NCBI GenBank assembly: GCA_035718415.1
Contig: DASTHB010000019.1
Span: forward strand, 1 to 36,776
Reading direction: 5' to 3'
Length of the DNA: 36,776 nt
Source of the DNA: Minisyncoccota bacterium
Lineage (GTDB): Bacteria; Patescibacteriota; Minisyncoccia; Phycocordibacterales; Phycocordibacteraceae
Part shown: positions 24,708-32,630 of the stretch, in pieces
Position numbering within the stretch: the stretch's first letter is position 1
Layout of the letters: every line of letters starts with the position of its first letter
Made by a program: the position numbers and the translations under genes
Notes under the pieces: model-generated
The model's input: only the letters and a program-made list of their open reading frames with translations
Database searches by the model: none
Told to the model about the DNA's origin: nothing

Positions 24708-25922
24708 ATGCGACGCATCTTTATCATCGCCACCATACTCGTGCTTCTTCTCGGAGGCGGCATCGTCGCATACTTCACTCTTCGCGGAGGTCGCCCGACG
24801 GTAACGGTCGCTCTGCAGAATTCAGATACCGGTCTTCCCGTCGCTGGAAAGGGGACCGTGCCGCAACCCGGCGAAGGGAAAAGCGATACCGGCTCGGCGG
24901 CACAACCGTCGCCCTCGCCGGTTCCCGTCACGAGCCGGCTGGTGAAGGTAAGCGCTGGACCGGTCGTTTACGGCCTGTCGATCGTCGACCAGAAGACTGC
25001 TACAGCGAGCTCCTCTCCAACGACGAACGTTTCCTATATCGAACGGCAGAGCGGCAACATTTTTTCGTACAGCGTCCAAACGAGGACGGCGACCCGTACG
25101 AGCAACCGGACCGTTCCGGGCATCCAATCGGCGCTCTGGCATCCAAGCGGCAGCACCGCGTATGTGCGCTATCTTTCGGGAAGCGATTTCTCCACGATCA
25201 ACACCTTCGCCCTTCCCGCAAGCGGTATCGGTGGTTTCTTCCTCCCGCAGAATACGGTCGACCTCGACGTTTCCTCGACGAGCATTCTTATACTCGCCTC
25301 CGGAGTCAATGGTTCGACCGCGACCGTCGCGCGTGTCGACGGCACGCACGCGGTGAGCGCGTTCTCAACGCCGCTCACGTCGATACGCGCCTCGTATTTG
25401 GGTAGATCGCAATATCTCGTCGTCACAAAAGCGACCGCCACGCTTCCCGGCGCTGCATTTGTCGTCGACGCTTCAGGGAGTTTTTCGCGATTGATCGGGC
25501 CTCTTCCGGGGCTGTCCGCCCTTGCAAGCCCTTCGGGCAAATGGGTGTTCGCGACTTACACCTCGGGCAGCGACACGACTTCGGAGCTCGTGAATGTTGC
25601 CACGGGAGACGTGATACCCGTACCGCTCGCAACGCTTGCAGAAAAATGCGCTTGGTCGGCTGATGAGTCTTCTCTCTACTGCGGCGTTCCTCGCACGATG
25701 CTCACGGGTACTTATCCTGACGATTGGTACCAAGGAGTCCTTCATTTCACCGACCGGCTCTGGCGCATTAATGTGGCGGGCCGCTACGCCCAGCTCGTCG
25801 CGGATGTAAGTAATGACGCCGATACGCCTATCGACATCACCTCGCTCACTATCAATCGTTCTGGTACGGTCGTCGCCTTCGTCAATAAGAACGACGCGTC
25901 GCTTTGGGTGTACTCGCTATAG
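24708..25922 (+). CDS. N-terminally membrane-anchored hypothetical protein, probably a beta-propeller ectodomain
   Basis: It starts 1 nt after the upstream stop. The TM helix is IFIIATILVLLLGGGIVAYF, followed by a Pro/Ser linker. The remaining 300 aa or so are Ser/Thr/Val-rich with recurring strand-like blocks (WHPSGSTAYVRY, SPSGKWVFATY, NRSGTVVAFV), reminiscent of TolB-like propellers. Confidence 0.55.
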   Translation: MRRIFIIATILVLLLGGGIVAYFTLRGGRPTVTVALQNSDTGLPVAGKGTVPQPGEGKSDTGSAAQPSPSPVPVTSRLVKVSAGPVVYGLSIVDQKTATASSSPTTNVSYIERQSGNIFSYSVQTRTATRTSNRTVPGIQSALWHPSGSTAYVRYLSGSDFSTINTFALPASGIGGFFLPQNTVDLDVSSTSILILASGVNGSTATVARVDGTHAVSAFSTPLTSIRASYLGRSQYLVVTKATATLPGAAFVVDASGSFSRLIGPLPGLSALASPSGKWVFATYTSGSDTTSELVNVATGDVIPVPLATLAEKCAWSADESSLYCGVPRTMLTGTYPDDWYQGVLHFTDRLWRINVAGRYAQLVADVSNDADTPIDITSLTINRSGTVVAFVNKNDASLWVYSL

Positions 25923-26651
25923 CGAGGCCATCTCCGCGTCCAATTTTCGGCGCACATACCACTCCTGTGCCGCTCCGGCGAGGTTCGTGGTGATGAAATA
26001 AAGCGCGATGGCGCCTGATGTCGTGTATGAAATGACCCCGATGATGAACGGGAAGACGTACTTGAGCTGCATACCCATCACTTTCTGAAAATCGCCTTGC
26101 ATGCTCTTGCCTTCCGGGGGTTTCAGCGTCCCTTTTAGTGCGAGATGCGCTTGGAAGAATTGCGCGATGCCTGCGAGGAATGCGAGCGTCAGGCTCTTGC
26201 CGGCGACTAGCGTGAGCCCGAGGAAATGGAGCGAGACCGCGCCGGGCGTCGGTGTGAACGGATAAAGGATCGCGGTGTTGATGGCCGGGAACGGCTCGTA
26301 ATAGAAGACCCAATAGACCGCGAGCAGTACGGGGATCTGTATGAACGCGGTCAATAGGCTCGCGAACGGGTTCACTTCGGCTTCGCGGTAGAGCGCAAGC
26401 GTCTCGAGCGCTTCCTGCTCTTTGTTATCCTTGTGCTTCTCCTTGAGATCCTTGAGTTTCGGTTCAAGGACTTTCATGATCCGTTGCGTCCGGGCCGCTG
26501 AAAGCGAGAAGGGGAGGAGGACGAGGCGGATGAGTATGGTCAGGATTATGACGGCCACGCCCACGTCCCCGCCAGGAACGAACGAGACGACCGCCACGAG
26601 GGCGTTATAGATCGGGTTATAGAAGACGGCGTGGAAGAAGGACGATATCAC
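25917..26651 (-). CDS. yidC: Membrane protein insertase YidC/Oxa1 family (short form)
   Basis: Motifs are GVAVIILTILIRLVLLPFS, KLKDLKEKHKDNKE and NPFASLLTAFIQIPVLLAVYWVF. It sits downstream of rnpA. Its stop overlaps the convergent gene's stop in CTATAG (25917-25922). Confidence 0.9.
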   Translation of the reverse strand: MISSFFHAVFYNPIYNALVAVVSFVPGGDVGVAVIILTILIRLVLLPFSLSAARTQRIMKVLEPKLKDLKEKHKDNKEQEALETLALYREAEVNPFASLLTAFIQIPVLLAVYWVFYYEPFPAINTAILYPFTPTPGAVSLHFLGLTLVAGKSLTLAFLAGIAQFFQAHLALKGTLKPPEGKSMQGDFQKVMGMQLKYVFPFIIGVISYTTSGAIALYFITTNLAGAAQEWYVRRKLDAEMASL

Positions 26652-26652
26652 G

Positions 26653-26967
26653 TTACTTTTTGAGACTTGTTATGAGTTCGGTTAGTTCCTGCCGTACTTC
26701 CCCATAGCTTACACTATCGGCAGCCTTTTTCGGGAATATGAGGACGCATTCCGGCAAGGATGGAATGGTCCGGAGGGCTGAAACCACGCGGCGCTTCAGT
26801 TTATGCCGGTCTGCGGACAATTTTACGGTCTTTTTCGAGATGATGACCGCATAACCGGACCCCTCGTTCGGCACTAAAACGTTGAAGTGGGGCGACGAGA
26901 GGCGCTTCCCTGACGCTTTAAGGGAAGGGAACCGCTGCCGGGGTATGCGTTTCCGGCGTGGAAACAC
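26653..26967 (-). CDS. rnpA: Ribonuclease P protein component
   Basis: It is a basic 104-aa protein in the canonical rpmH-rnpA-yidC order, with the motif VIISKKTVKLSADRHKLKRRV. Confidence 0.85.
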   Translation of the reverse strand: MFPRRKRIPRQRFPSLKASGKRLSSPHFNVLVPNEGSGYAVIISKKTVKLSADRHKLKRRVVSALRTIPSLPECVLIFPKKAADSVSYGEVRQELTELITSLKK

Positions 26968-26972
26968 GGCAA

Positions 26973-27110
26973 TTAGACGGCGAGGCGCTTGCGGCCGCTG
27001 CGGCGGCGTCCTTTGAGTATCTTTTTGCCCGACGCCGACTTTGAGCGGGAGCGGAATCCGTGGGTCTTCGCCCGTTTCCGCTTCTTTGGTTGATAGGTTC
27101 GTTTAGCCAT
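26973..27110 (-). CDS. rpmH: 50S ribosomal protein L34 (45 aa)
   Basis: Too short for the ORF track. Manual reverse translation from the ATG at 27110-27108 gives [45 protein letters not shown], with TAA at 26975-26973. Confidence 0.92.
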   Translation of the reverse strand: MAKRTYQPKKRKRAKTHGFRSRSKSASGKKILKGRRRSGRKRLAV

Positions 27111-27123
27111 GTTCGAGTTTTAG

Positions 27124-27132
27124 TTATGCACA
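27124..27132 (+). promoter_or_regulatory. DnaA-box-like 9-mer TTATGCACA in the rpmH-dnaA spacer
   Basis: It matches the consensus TTWTNCACA and lies between the divergent rpmH and dnaA genes. Confidence 0.5.
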
Positions 27133-27188
27133 CAATAGTAACAGTTTCTCCCCGAAAGGCCAGTCTGTCGTGCGGCCTAGAATGCGGG

Positions 27189-27194
27189 TATACT
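27189..27194 (+). promoter_or_regulatory. -10 hexamer TATACT located 9 nt upstream of the dnaA ATG
   Basis: The sequence reads GCGGGTATACTTCCGGCATT-ATG. A second candidate -10, TAGAAT, lies at 27178-27183. Confidence 0.4.
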
Positions 27195-27203
27195 TCCGGC
27201 ATT

Positions 27204-28556
27204 ATGGATAAGCGGAATCCTAAAGAACTCTGGGAATATGTGATGACTCAAGTAGAGCTTTCAATATCCGCTGCAAATTTCAATACGTGGTTCAGGAACA
27301 GCTTCATACAGAAGATCGGGGAGGACGGGGTGGTCTATATCGGGGTGCCAAGCCAGTTCTTCAAGGATTGGTATCTCAAGAAGTTCCACACTCTCCTCTT
27401 GAAGATCCTGCGCGATGTTTCCTATGAATTCCGTAATATCGAATACGTCATCGTCAAAGACGAGCACCGCAAGCAGATAAAGGAAGTGAAGCCGCAGAAG
27501 GCGTCCATAGAGCTCCCGCTTGATGAGTTCTATATCAATAAGAGCGACAATCTCAATCCGCGTTATACGTTCGATACGTTCGTCATCGGTTCGTTCAACA
27601 GCCTTGCGTATGCCGCCGCGCAAGCGGTCCTTGCCAGACCGGGTATCACGTACAACCCGTTATTCATCTATGGCGACACAGGACGAGGGAAGACCCATCT
27701 CATTCAGGCGATCGGGAACGAGTTCAAAAAGAAGTACGCGGGCAGGAAAGTGTTCTATCTCACGTCCGAGAAATTCGTCGTTGACTACACTGATTCGGTC
27801 CAAGCCGGCACCGCGAACCGGTTCAAGGATAAATACCGCCATTACGACCTTCTCATCATGGACGACGTGCAGTTCCTCTCGAAGAAGGAGCGGAGCGAGG
27901 AGGAATTGTTCCACCTCTTCAACGCGCTCCATGATATGAACAAGCAGATCATTTTCTCCTCAGATAGGCCTCCGGTCGCCATCCCGGACATCACTGAGCG
28001 GCTCAAGGGCCGTTTAGCGAGCGGTATGACCGTCGACATAGGGGAGCCCGACTCGGAATCGAGGATGGCTATCATCCAGAAGAAGGCGGCGTTGCATAAT
28101 ATCGTCCTTTCCCCGGACGTCATCGAATATATCGCCACGTCCATGAGCGGTTCGATCCGCGAGCTTGAGGGAATGGTCAATAGCATCATCTGTCACACGC
28201 AAGTGAAAGGTTCCGTTCCGAATATCACCGAGGTGCGCCAATCCATCCGCTCGTTCGTGCGACCCCAAAAGACCATCTCCGTGAAGAACGTCGTCGATAA
28301 GGTCGCCGAGTACTATGGCATCGATGAGGAGAGTATTTATGAGAAGACCCGACGGCGCGAGATCGTCAGACCGCGGCAGGTCATCATGTACCTCTTGCGG
28401 GAGGATTTCAGTATTTCGTACCCGACCATCGGTTCGAAGCTTGGTGGACGCGACCATACGACGGTTATCCACTCGTGCGAGAAGATAAAGAAGGAAATAG
28501 TTGTGGACAATGAACTGGCCAAGGAAATACAGAATATTCGGACGCTCCTTGTATGA
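27204..28556 (+). CDS. dnaA: Chromosomal replication initiator protein DnaA
   Basis: Internal Met (MDKRNPKELWEYV) of track ORF 27060-28556. The upstream part overlaps rpmH. Walker A is GDTGRGKTHL, Walker B is LLIMDDVQF, sensor motifs are present, and the C-terminal DNA-binding region is GSKLGGRDHTTVIHSCEKI. Confidence 0.93.
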   Translation: MDKRNPKELWEYVMTQVELSISAANFNTWFRNSFIQKIGEDGVVYIGVPSQFFKDWYLKKFHTLLLKILRDVSYEFRNIEYVIVKDEHRKQIKEVKPQKASIELPLDEFYINKSDNLNPRYTFDTFVIGSFNSLAYAAAQAVLARPGITYNPLFIYGDTGRGKTHLIQAIGNEFKKKYAGRKVFYLTSEKFVVDYTDSVQAGTANRFKDKYRHYDLLIMDDVQFLSKKERSEEELFHLFNALHDMNKQIIFSSDRPPVAIPDITERLKGRLASGMTVDIGEPDSESRMAIIQKKAALHNIVLSPDVIEYIATSMSGSIRELEGMVNSIICHTQVKGSVPNITEVRQSIRSFVRPQKTISVKNVVDKVAEYYGIDEESIYEKTRRREIVRPRQVIMYLLREDFSISYPTIGSKLGGRDHTTVIHSCEKIKKEIVVDNELAKEIQNIRTLLV

Positions 28557-28642
28557 TCTTTATCGGAAGCTTACCCACAGGTTATAACGCGGAGTATCAT
28601 GAAAAGAGCCAGTATTCATGCGCTGATTACGGCTTTTCCACA
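28465..28642. promoter_or_regulatory. Cluster of four DnaA-box-like 9-mers across the dnaA 3' end and the dnaA-dnaN spacer (oriC candidate)
   Basis: The sites are TTATCCACT (28465-28473, +), TTGTCCACA (28509-28501, -), TTACCCACA (28571-28579, +) and TTTTCCACA (28634-28642, +). Each has 0-1 mismatch to TTATCCACA/TTWTNCACA. Confidence 0.45.
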
Positions 28643-28668
28643 CTACTAACAGGACTAATAAGGATGGT

Positions 28669-29769
28669 ATGAATATTTCCTTTGAAAAAAAGATATTCTC
28701 TGAAGCTGTTCATATCGTCTCACGCTTCACTGAACGTAAGGCAGGAACGCTCCCTGCGCTCGCGTCGATTCTGATCGTCGCCGGCGATGAGGGTATCAAG
28801 ATGCGCGCGACGAACCTTGAAACGGGCATCGATCTTAAACTTTCAGGAGACCAGAAACTTCCTGGTGTGGTCGCGATACCTGCCGCCATACTGGTCCAAT
28901 TCGCAAGTTCGCTCTCTCCAGAAGGAAAAGTAACGCTCGAACATACGGGAGACATCGTCACGCTGACGAGCAATACAGGGAAAAGCTCCATAAAGACCGT
29001 ACCGTACGATGATTTTCCCTCCATACCGTTCCCAGAGAATCCTAAGAACCGCGTCGTGCTTCCTGGCGTGCTGCTTAAGAATCTCCTGACTTCGATCGCA
29101 TCGGTCGCTTCGACCTCGACCGTCCGCCCTGAGCTCGCGAGCATCTATCTTTCCATCGAAGGAGGAATCCTGACCGCGGTCGCCACAGACTCGTTCCGTC
29201 TTGCTGAGAAGAAAGTGCCGCTCCAAAACAAAGGAACACAAGGGAAGCTCCTCCTGCCAGCAAAGAATGCCGTCGATATCGCGAGCGCGCTTCCGAATGA
29301 TGACATCATCATTTCATTCGACGAACATCAGTGCGCGTTCGTCTCACCGGGCGGCATGATCGTGTCGCGTCTCACGAACGCAGTGTACCCGGACTATCGC
29401 CAGATCATTCCGAAAGAATCGATCGTCGAGGCGACGGTATTGAAGCGTGATTTCGAGAACGCACTCAAACAAGCGTCGATTTTCTCCGATACGTTCCAGA
29501 AAGTGAAAATGAGCTTCGATATGAAGAAGAACACTGTGGCCCTCTTCGCTCAGAATTCCGAGATAGGACAATCTTCAGAAACCATAACCGCTAAAATATC
29601 AGGAAGTCCGCTCGAGCTCTCATTCAATCATCGCTACTTATCTGCAGTGCTTCCGCTCACGCAAGCAGAAAGTATTTCTTTAACTGCTGCCGGCGTCGGT
29701 CGTCCGCTCATCATTAAAGGAGTCGGTGACACCTCTCTTCTTTATTTGGTTTCTCCGATGAACCAATAA
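28669..29769 (+). CDS. dnaN: DNA polymerase III beta sliding clamp
   Basis: It is 366 aa and lies directly downstream of dnaA, with AAGGA upstream. Family-typical segments are TNLETGI, PELASIYLSIEGGILTAVATDSFRLAEK and PDYRQIIP. Confidence 0.92.
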   Translation: MNISFEKKIFSEAVHIVSRFTERKAGTLPALASILIVAGDEGIKMRATNLETGIDLKLSGDQKLPGVVAIPAAILVQFASSLSPEGKVTLEHTGDIVTLTSNTGKSSIKTVPYDDFPSIPFPENPKNRVVLPGVLLKNLLTSIASVASTSTVRPELASIYLSIEGGILTAVATDSFRLAEKKVPLQNKGTQGKLLLPAKNAVDIASALPNDDIIISFDEHQCAFVSPGGMIVSRLTNAVYPDYRQIIPKESIVEATVLKRDFENALKQASIFSDTFQKVKMSFDMKKNTVALFAQNSEIGQSSETITAKISGSPLELSFNHRYLSAVLPLTQAESISLTAAGVGRPLIIKGVGDTSLLYLVSPMNQ

Positions 29770-29771
29770 GA

Positions 29772-31913
29772 TCAGTACGCGAGCGGCGCGAAGATAGGGG
29801 GGTTCGTGAAAAGCTCCGGATGCAGGGAATACCAGGCAGAGATACCGTATTCCCAATTAGAGAACTGGGGATCCTTCGCGGGGAATGCGGGAGCCGGACC
29901 AAGCGGGTTCGATTTATCAGTCCAATAGAGAAGACTGTGCGGGTATATCGAACCAGTACCGTCCGGGATCATCCAATCGCCCCGGAGCATGGGCGGCACG
30001 GTTGAAGGTATTGGGTCCGGTTCACCAAAATACGCCTTCGGATACTTATCGAGCGCATACGCCATCACCGCATGCCACATAGGAGCTGCTATGAACCCAG
30101 CGATGGACTTCACCATAGGCGAGTTGTCGTTATTACCGGCCCACACGCCGACCGCAACTGATGGCGTGTAGCCGATCACCCACGCGTCCCGAGTATCATC
30201 GGTCGTACCGGTCTTCACCGCCACATCGTAGTTCGGGAACGAGAGCGGGGAATCAAGCGGATACTCCGGAACGCGTGCCGGCGCGTCCGACAGCATTGCG
30301 GACATATCGCGAGCGATGTTTTCCGTGACGACCCGCGTCGGGTTCGCCTGGTACTTTTCAAGAACATTGCCTTGCGCATCGTCGATCTCAAGAATGCCGG
30401 TCGGCTGATTCTTCACCCCGTCGTTCGCGAACGCCGAATATGCGCCGACTAGGTCGAGGAGCCGTACTTCGCCGCCACCAAGCACGAGGGTAAGACCGTA
30501 CTGGCTCGGATCACCGAGCGTGGTGAGGCCGAACGACTTCGCCAGATTGATGGCGTTCTGGATGCCGACCAGATAGAGGACCTTGATCGCCGGGATGTTG
30601 ATGGACATTGCGAGCGCAGACTCGAACGTCATTGGTCCCCGGAACTTTCCGTCGAAGTTCTGCGGCGCATAACATGGCGGAGTGCTTTTCGTCGTATCCG
30701 AGGACCGGCAGGCCGTCGAGAATTGGGTCGGCACGTCGAAAACGACGGTATCGCGGGTATAGCCGTTCATAAGGGCGAGGGAATAGATGAACGGCTTCAT
30801 TGTCGAACCCGGCTGGCGGAGCGCGAGCGCGGCGTTGTACTGACCGTCGATACTTGTATCGAAGAAATCGCGCGAACCCACCATGGAAAGTATCTGTCCG
30901 GTCGTCGGATCGAGCGCGACCAAGGAAGCGTTCGACGCCCTGAATTTCTTGGTGTTGTCGAGGGCGTACTGATTCAAGGTCGCCTCCGCCTTCGCCTGAA
31001 GCTCGGCATCAAGCGTGGTGATGACCTTCAGTCCCGACTTGAGAGTGTTCGGACCGTATTCGTCTTGCAGCTGTTGGAGGATATAGAACACGAAGTGTGG
31101 GGCCAAGATCGAATTCTGCGTATTTTGCGGCGCGAACGCGACCTTCTCCGCCTTCGCGACGGCATATTCGTTCTGATCGATGAAACCGAGCGCGAGCATG
31201 CGACCGAGGACTACATCTTTACGGGTGTCGAGGTCCGCCTTGTGAGAACCGTACGGCGAATAGAAGGACGGTGCCTGCACCATAGCGGCCAGATACGCCG
31301 CCTGTGCGAGCGAGAGGTCGCGGGCAGGGATGCCGAAATACGACTCCGAAGCGGATTCGATACCATAGATCGTGCCGCCATACGGCACGTTGTTGAGGTA
31401 CGTCTCGAGGATCTGGTCCTTCGAGTACGCCTGCTCCATCTTAATGGCCAGTATCCACTCATGGATCTTCCGCACCACGCTTTTCCGGCTCGTCAGTAGG
31501 ACGTTCTTCACCACCTGCTGCGTGAGGGTCGATCCGCCCTGCGAGAACGAGCCGCCGAGCACGTCCGCGATCATCGCGCGTATGATCGAGGTGAAGCGGA
31601 TGCCGCCATGCTCGTAAAAACTCGAGTCCTCGATGGCGATGGTCGCGTTGATGCTGTTCGGAGAGATGTCAGCGATGGGAACGATGCTCCGCCGAGCATC
31701 GCGATTATAGTCGTAGAGCAATATCTGACCGGTCCGGTCGTAGATCTTCGTCGACTGCGTCTCTTCGCGCGACGCGAAGGAGTTGATGTCCGGCACCGGA
31801 GTGAAGGCGACTGCGACGAGAATGGCGCCTATGCCGAAAAAGATGAGTCCGAGAAGGGTAAAGCCCACCGTAAGAACGGCATGGCGCCATGATGCGCTTC
31901 GCCATCTCAACAT
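29772..31913 (-). CDS. Class A penicillin-binding protein (glycosyltransferase plus transpeptidase)
   Basis: The N-terminal TM helix is followed by the GT51 motifs AIEDSSFYEHGGI and GGSTLTQQ. The transpeptidase motifs are PGSTMKP and KTGTT. Confidence 0.92.
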   Translation of the reverse strand: MLRWRSASWRHAVLTVGFTLLGLIFFGIGAILVAVAFTPVPDINSFASREETQSTKIYDRTGQILLYDYNRDARRSIVPIADISPNSINATIAIEDSSFYEHGGIRFTSIIRAMIADVLGGSFSQGGSTLTQQVVKNVLLTSRKSVVRKIHEWILAIKMEQAYSKDQILETYLNNVPYGGTIYGIESASESYFGIPARDLSLAQAAYLAAMVQAPSFYSPYGSHKADLDTRKDVVLGRMLALGFIDQNEYAVAKAEKVAFAPQNTQNSILAPHFVFYILQQLQDEYGPNTLKSGLKVITTLDAELQAKAEATLNQYALDNTKKFRASNASLVALDPTTGQILSMVGSRDFFDTSIDGQYNAALALRQPGSTMKPFIYSLALMNGYTRDTVVFDVPTQFSTACRSSDTTKSTPPCYAPQNFDGKFRGPMTFESALAMSINIPAIKVLYLVGIQNAINLAKSFGLTTLGDPSQYGLTLVLGGGEVRLLDLVGAYSAFANDGVKNQPTGILEIDDAQGNVLEKYQANPTRVVTENIARDMSAMLSDAPARVPEYPLDSPLSFPNYDVAVKTGTTDDTRDAWVIGYTPSVAVGVWAGNNDNSPMVKSIAGFIAAPMWHAVMAYALDKYPKAYFGEPDPIPSTVPPMLRGDWMIPDGTGSIYPHSLLYWTDKSNPLGPAPAFPAKDPQFSNWEYGISAWYSLHPELFTNPPIFAPLAY

Positions 31914-31921
31914 ACCGCCCT

Positions 31922-31930
31922 ATAGTAGCA
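31922..31930 (-). promoter_or_regulatory. Extended -10 TGCTACTAT located 8 nt upstream of the PBP ATG
   Basis: The minus strand reads GTGTGCTACTATAGGGCGGT-ATG. Confidence 0.4.
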
Positions 31931-31944
31931 CACTGCCCTTTTTG

Positions 31945-32082
31945 TCAGAGCGAATCAGGCTCGTCCTCCAAATCCTCGGAGAATTCTTCGTCCTCCGAAC
32001 CGTCCTCCTCATCCTCGTACGAATCGAAACTATCGCCGTAGTGCTCGAGCTTTTCCTCGTCGCTGCGTTCGTCGTAATCCAT
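31945..32082 (-). CDS. Possible small hyper-acidic protein (45 aa)
   Basis: Too short for the ORF track. Manual translation gives MDYDERSDEEKLEHYGDSFDSYEDEEDGSEDEEFSEDLEDEPDSL, with 24 of 45 residues Asp or Glu. It fills most of the 219-bp ruvC-PBP gap. CATATT lies 6 nt upstream of the ATG. Coding status is unproven. Confidence 0.3.
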   Translation of the reverse strand: MDYDERSDEEKLEHYGDSFDSYEDEEDGSEDEEFSEDLEDEPDSL

Positions 32083-32132
32083 ATAGCAAATATGTAACAA
32101 AAAAAGCCGTTACCGCAAGCGGGGGTCGTGGA

Positions 32133-32630
32133 TTATGAGAGGCGGCCGGCCGCAAGCGCCGCGATGCCGATCGCGATGGCATCGAGTTCATCATCGAGAC
32201 GCTTCTTAGGCGGCAGCGTGATGAGCCGCGGCACCATGAGCGCTACCCCTTTCTTGTCCGATGCGCCGTAGCCCGTGACGGCGATCTTCACCTGCTGGGG
32301 GGAGAACTCGCGGACCGGAATATCGGCCAATCCAGCGGCGGCAAGGATAGCCCCTCGTGCCTCAGCGACCCCAATGGCGGTCTTCTTGTTCACGCTGAAA
32401 AACAAAGTCTCGAGCGCGAGGACGTCGGGCGCGTGTTCCTTGATGGCGTTCTGTATGGAAGAGAAGACGACCGATAGGCGCATTTCCCGCACGCCCTTCT
32501 CCGGCGTCACGCAGTCGCTCATGATAAGCGTCGGCTTCGAGGGATCGCCTTCGAGGACAGCGATACCGAGACGATCGTAGCCTGGATCGACGGCCAGGAT
32601 TCGAAGGGACCTATTCTTCGGTCGATTCAT
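32133..32630 (-). CDS. ruvC: Crossover junction endodeoxyribonuclease RuvC
   Basis: Internal Met (MNRPKNRSLRILAVDPGYDRLG) of track ORF 32133-32720. Motifs are ILAVDPG, LALETLFF and DDELDAIAIG. It overlaps the yebC 3' end by 20 nt. Confidence 0.88.
   Translation of the reverse strand: MNRPKNRSLRILAVDPGYDRLGIAVLEGDPSKPTLIMSDCVTPEKGVREMRLSVVFSSIQNAIKEHAPDVLALETLFFSVNKKTAIGVAEARGAILAAAGLADIPVREFSPQQVKIAVTGYGASDKKGVALMVPRLITLPPKKRLDDELDAIAIGIAALAAGRLS

Noticed and set aside
32095-32132. A possible terminator after ruvC (minus strand CCGCTTGCGG followed by TAACGGCTTTTTTT).
   Set aside because: The stem is only 3-4 bp with a too-tight loop. The T-run is present, but the hairpin is too weak to call.
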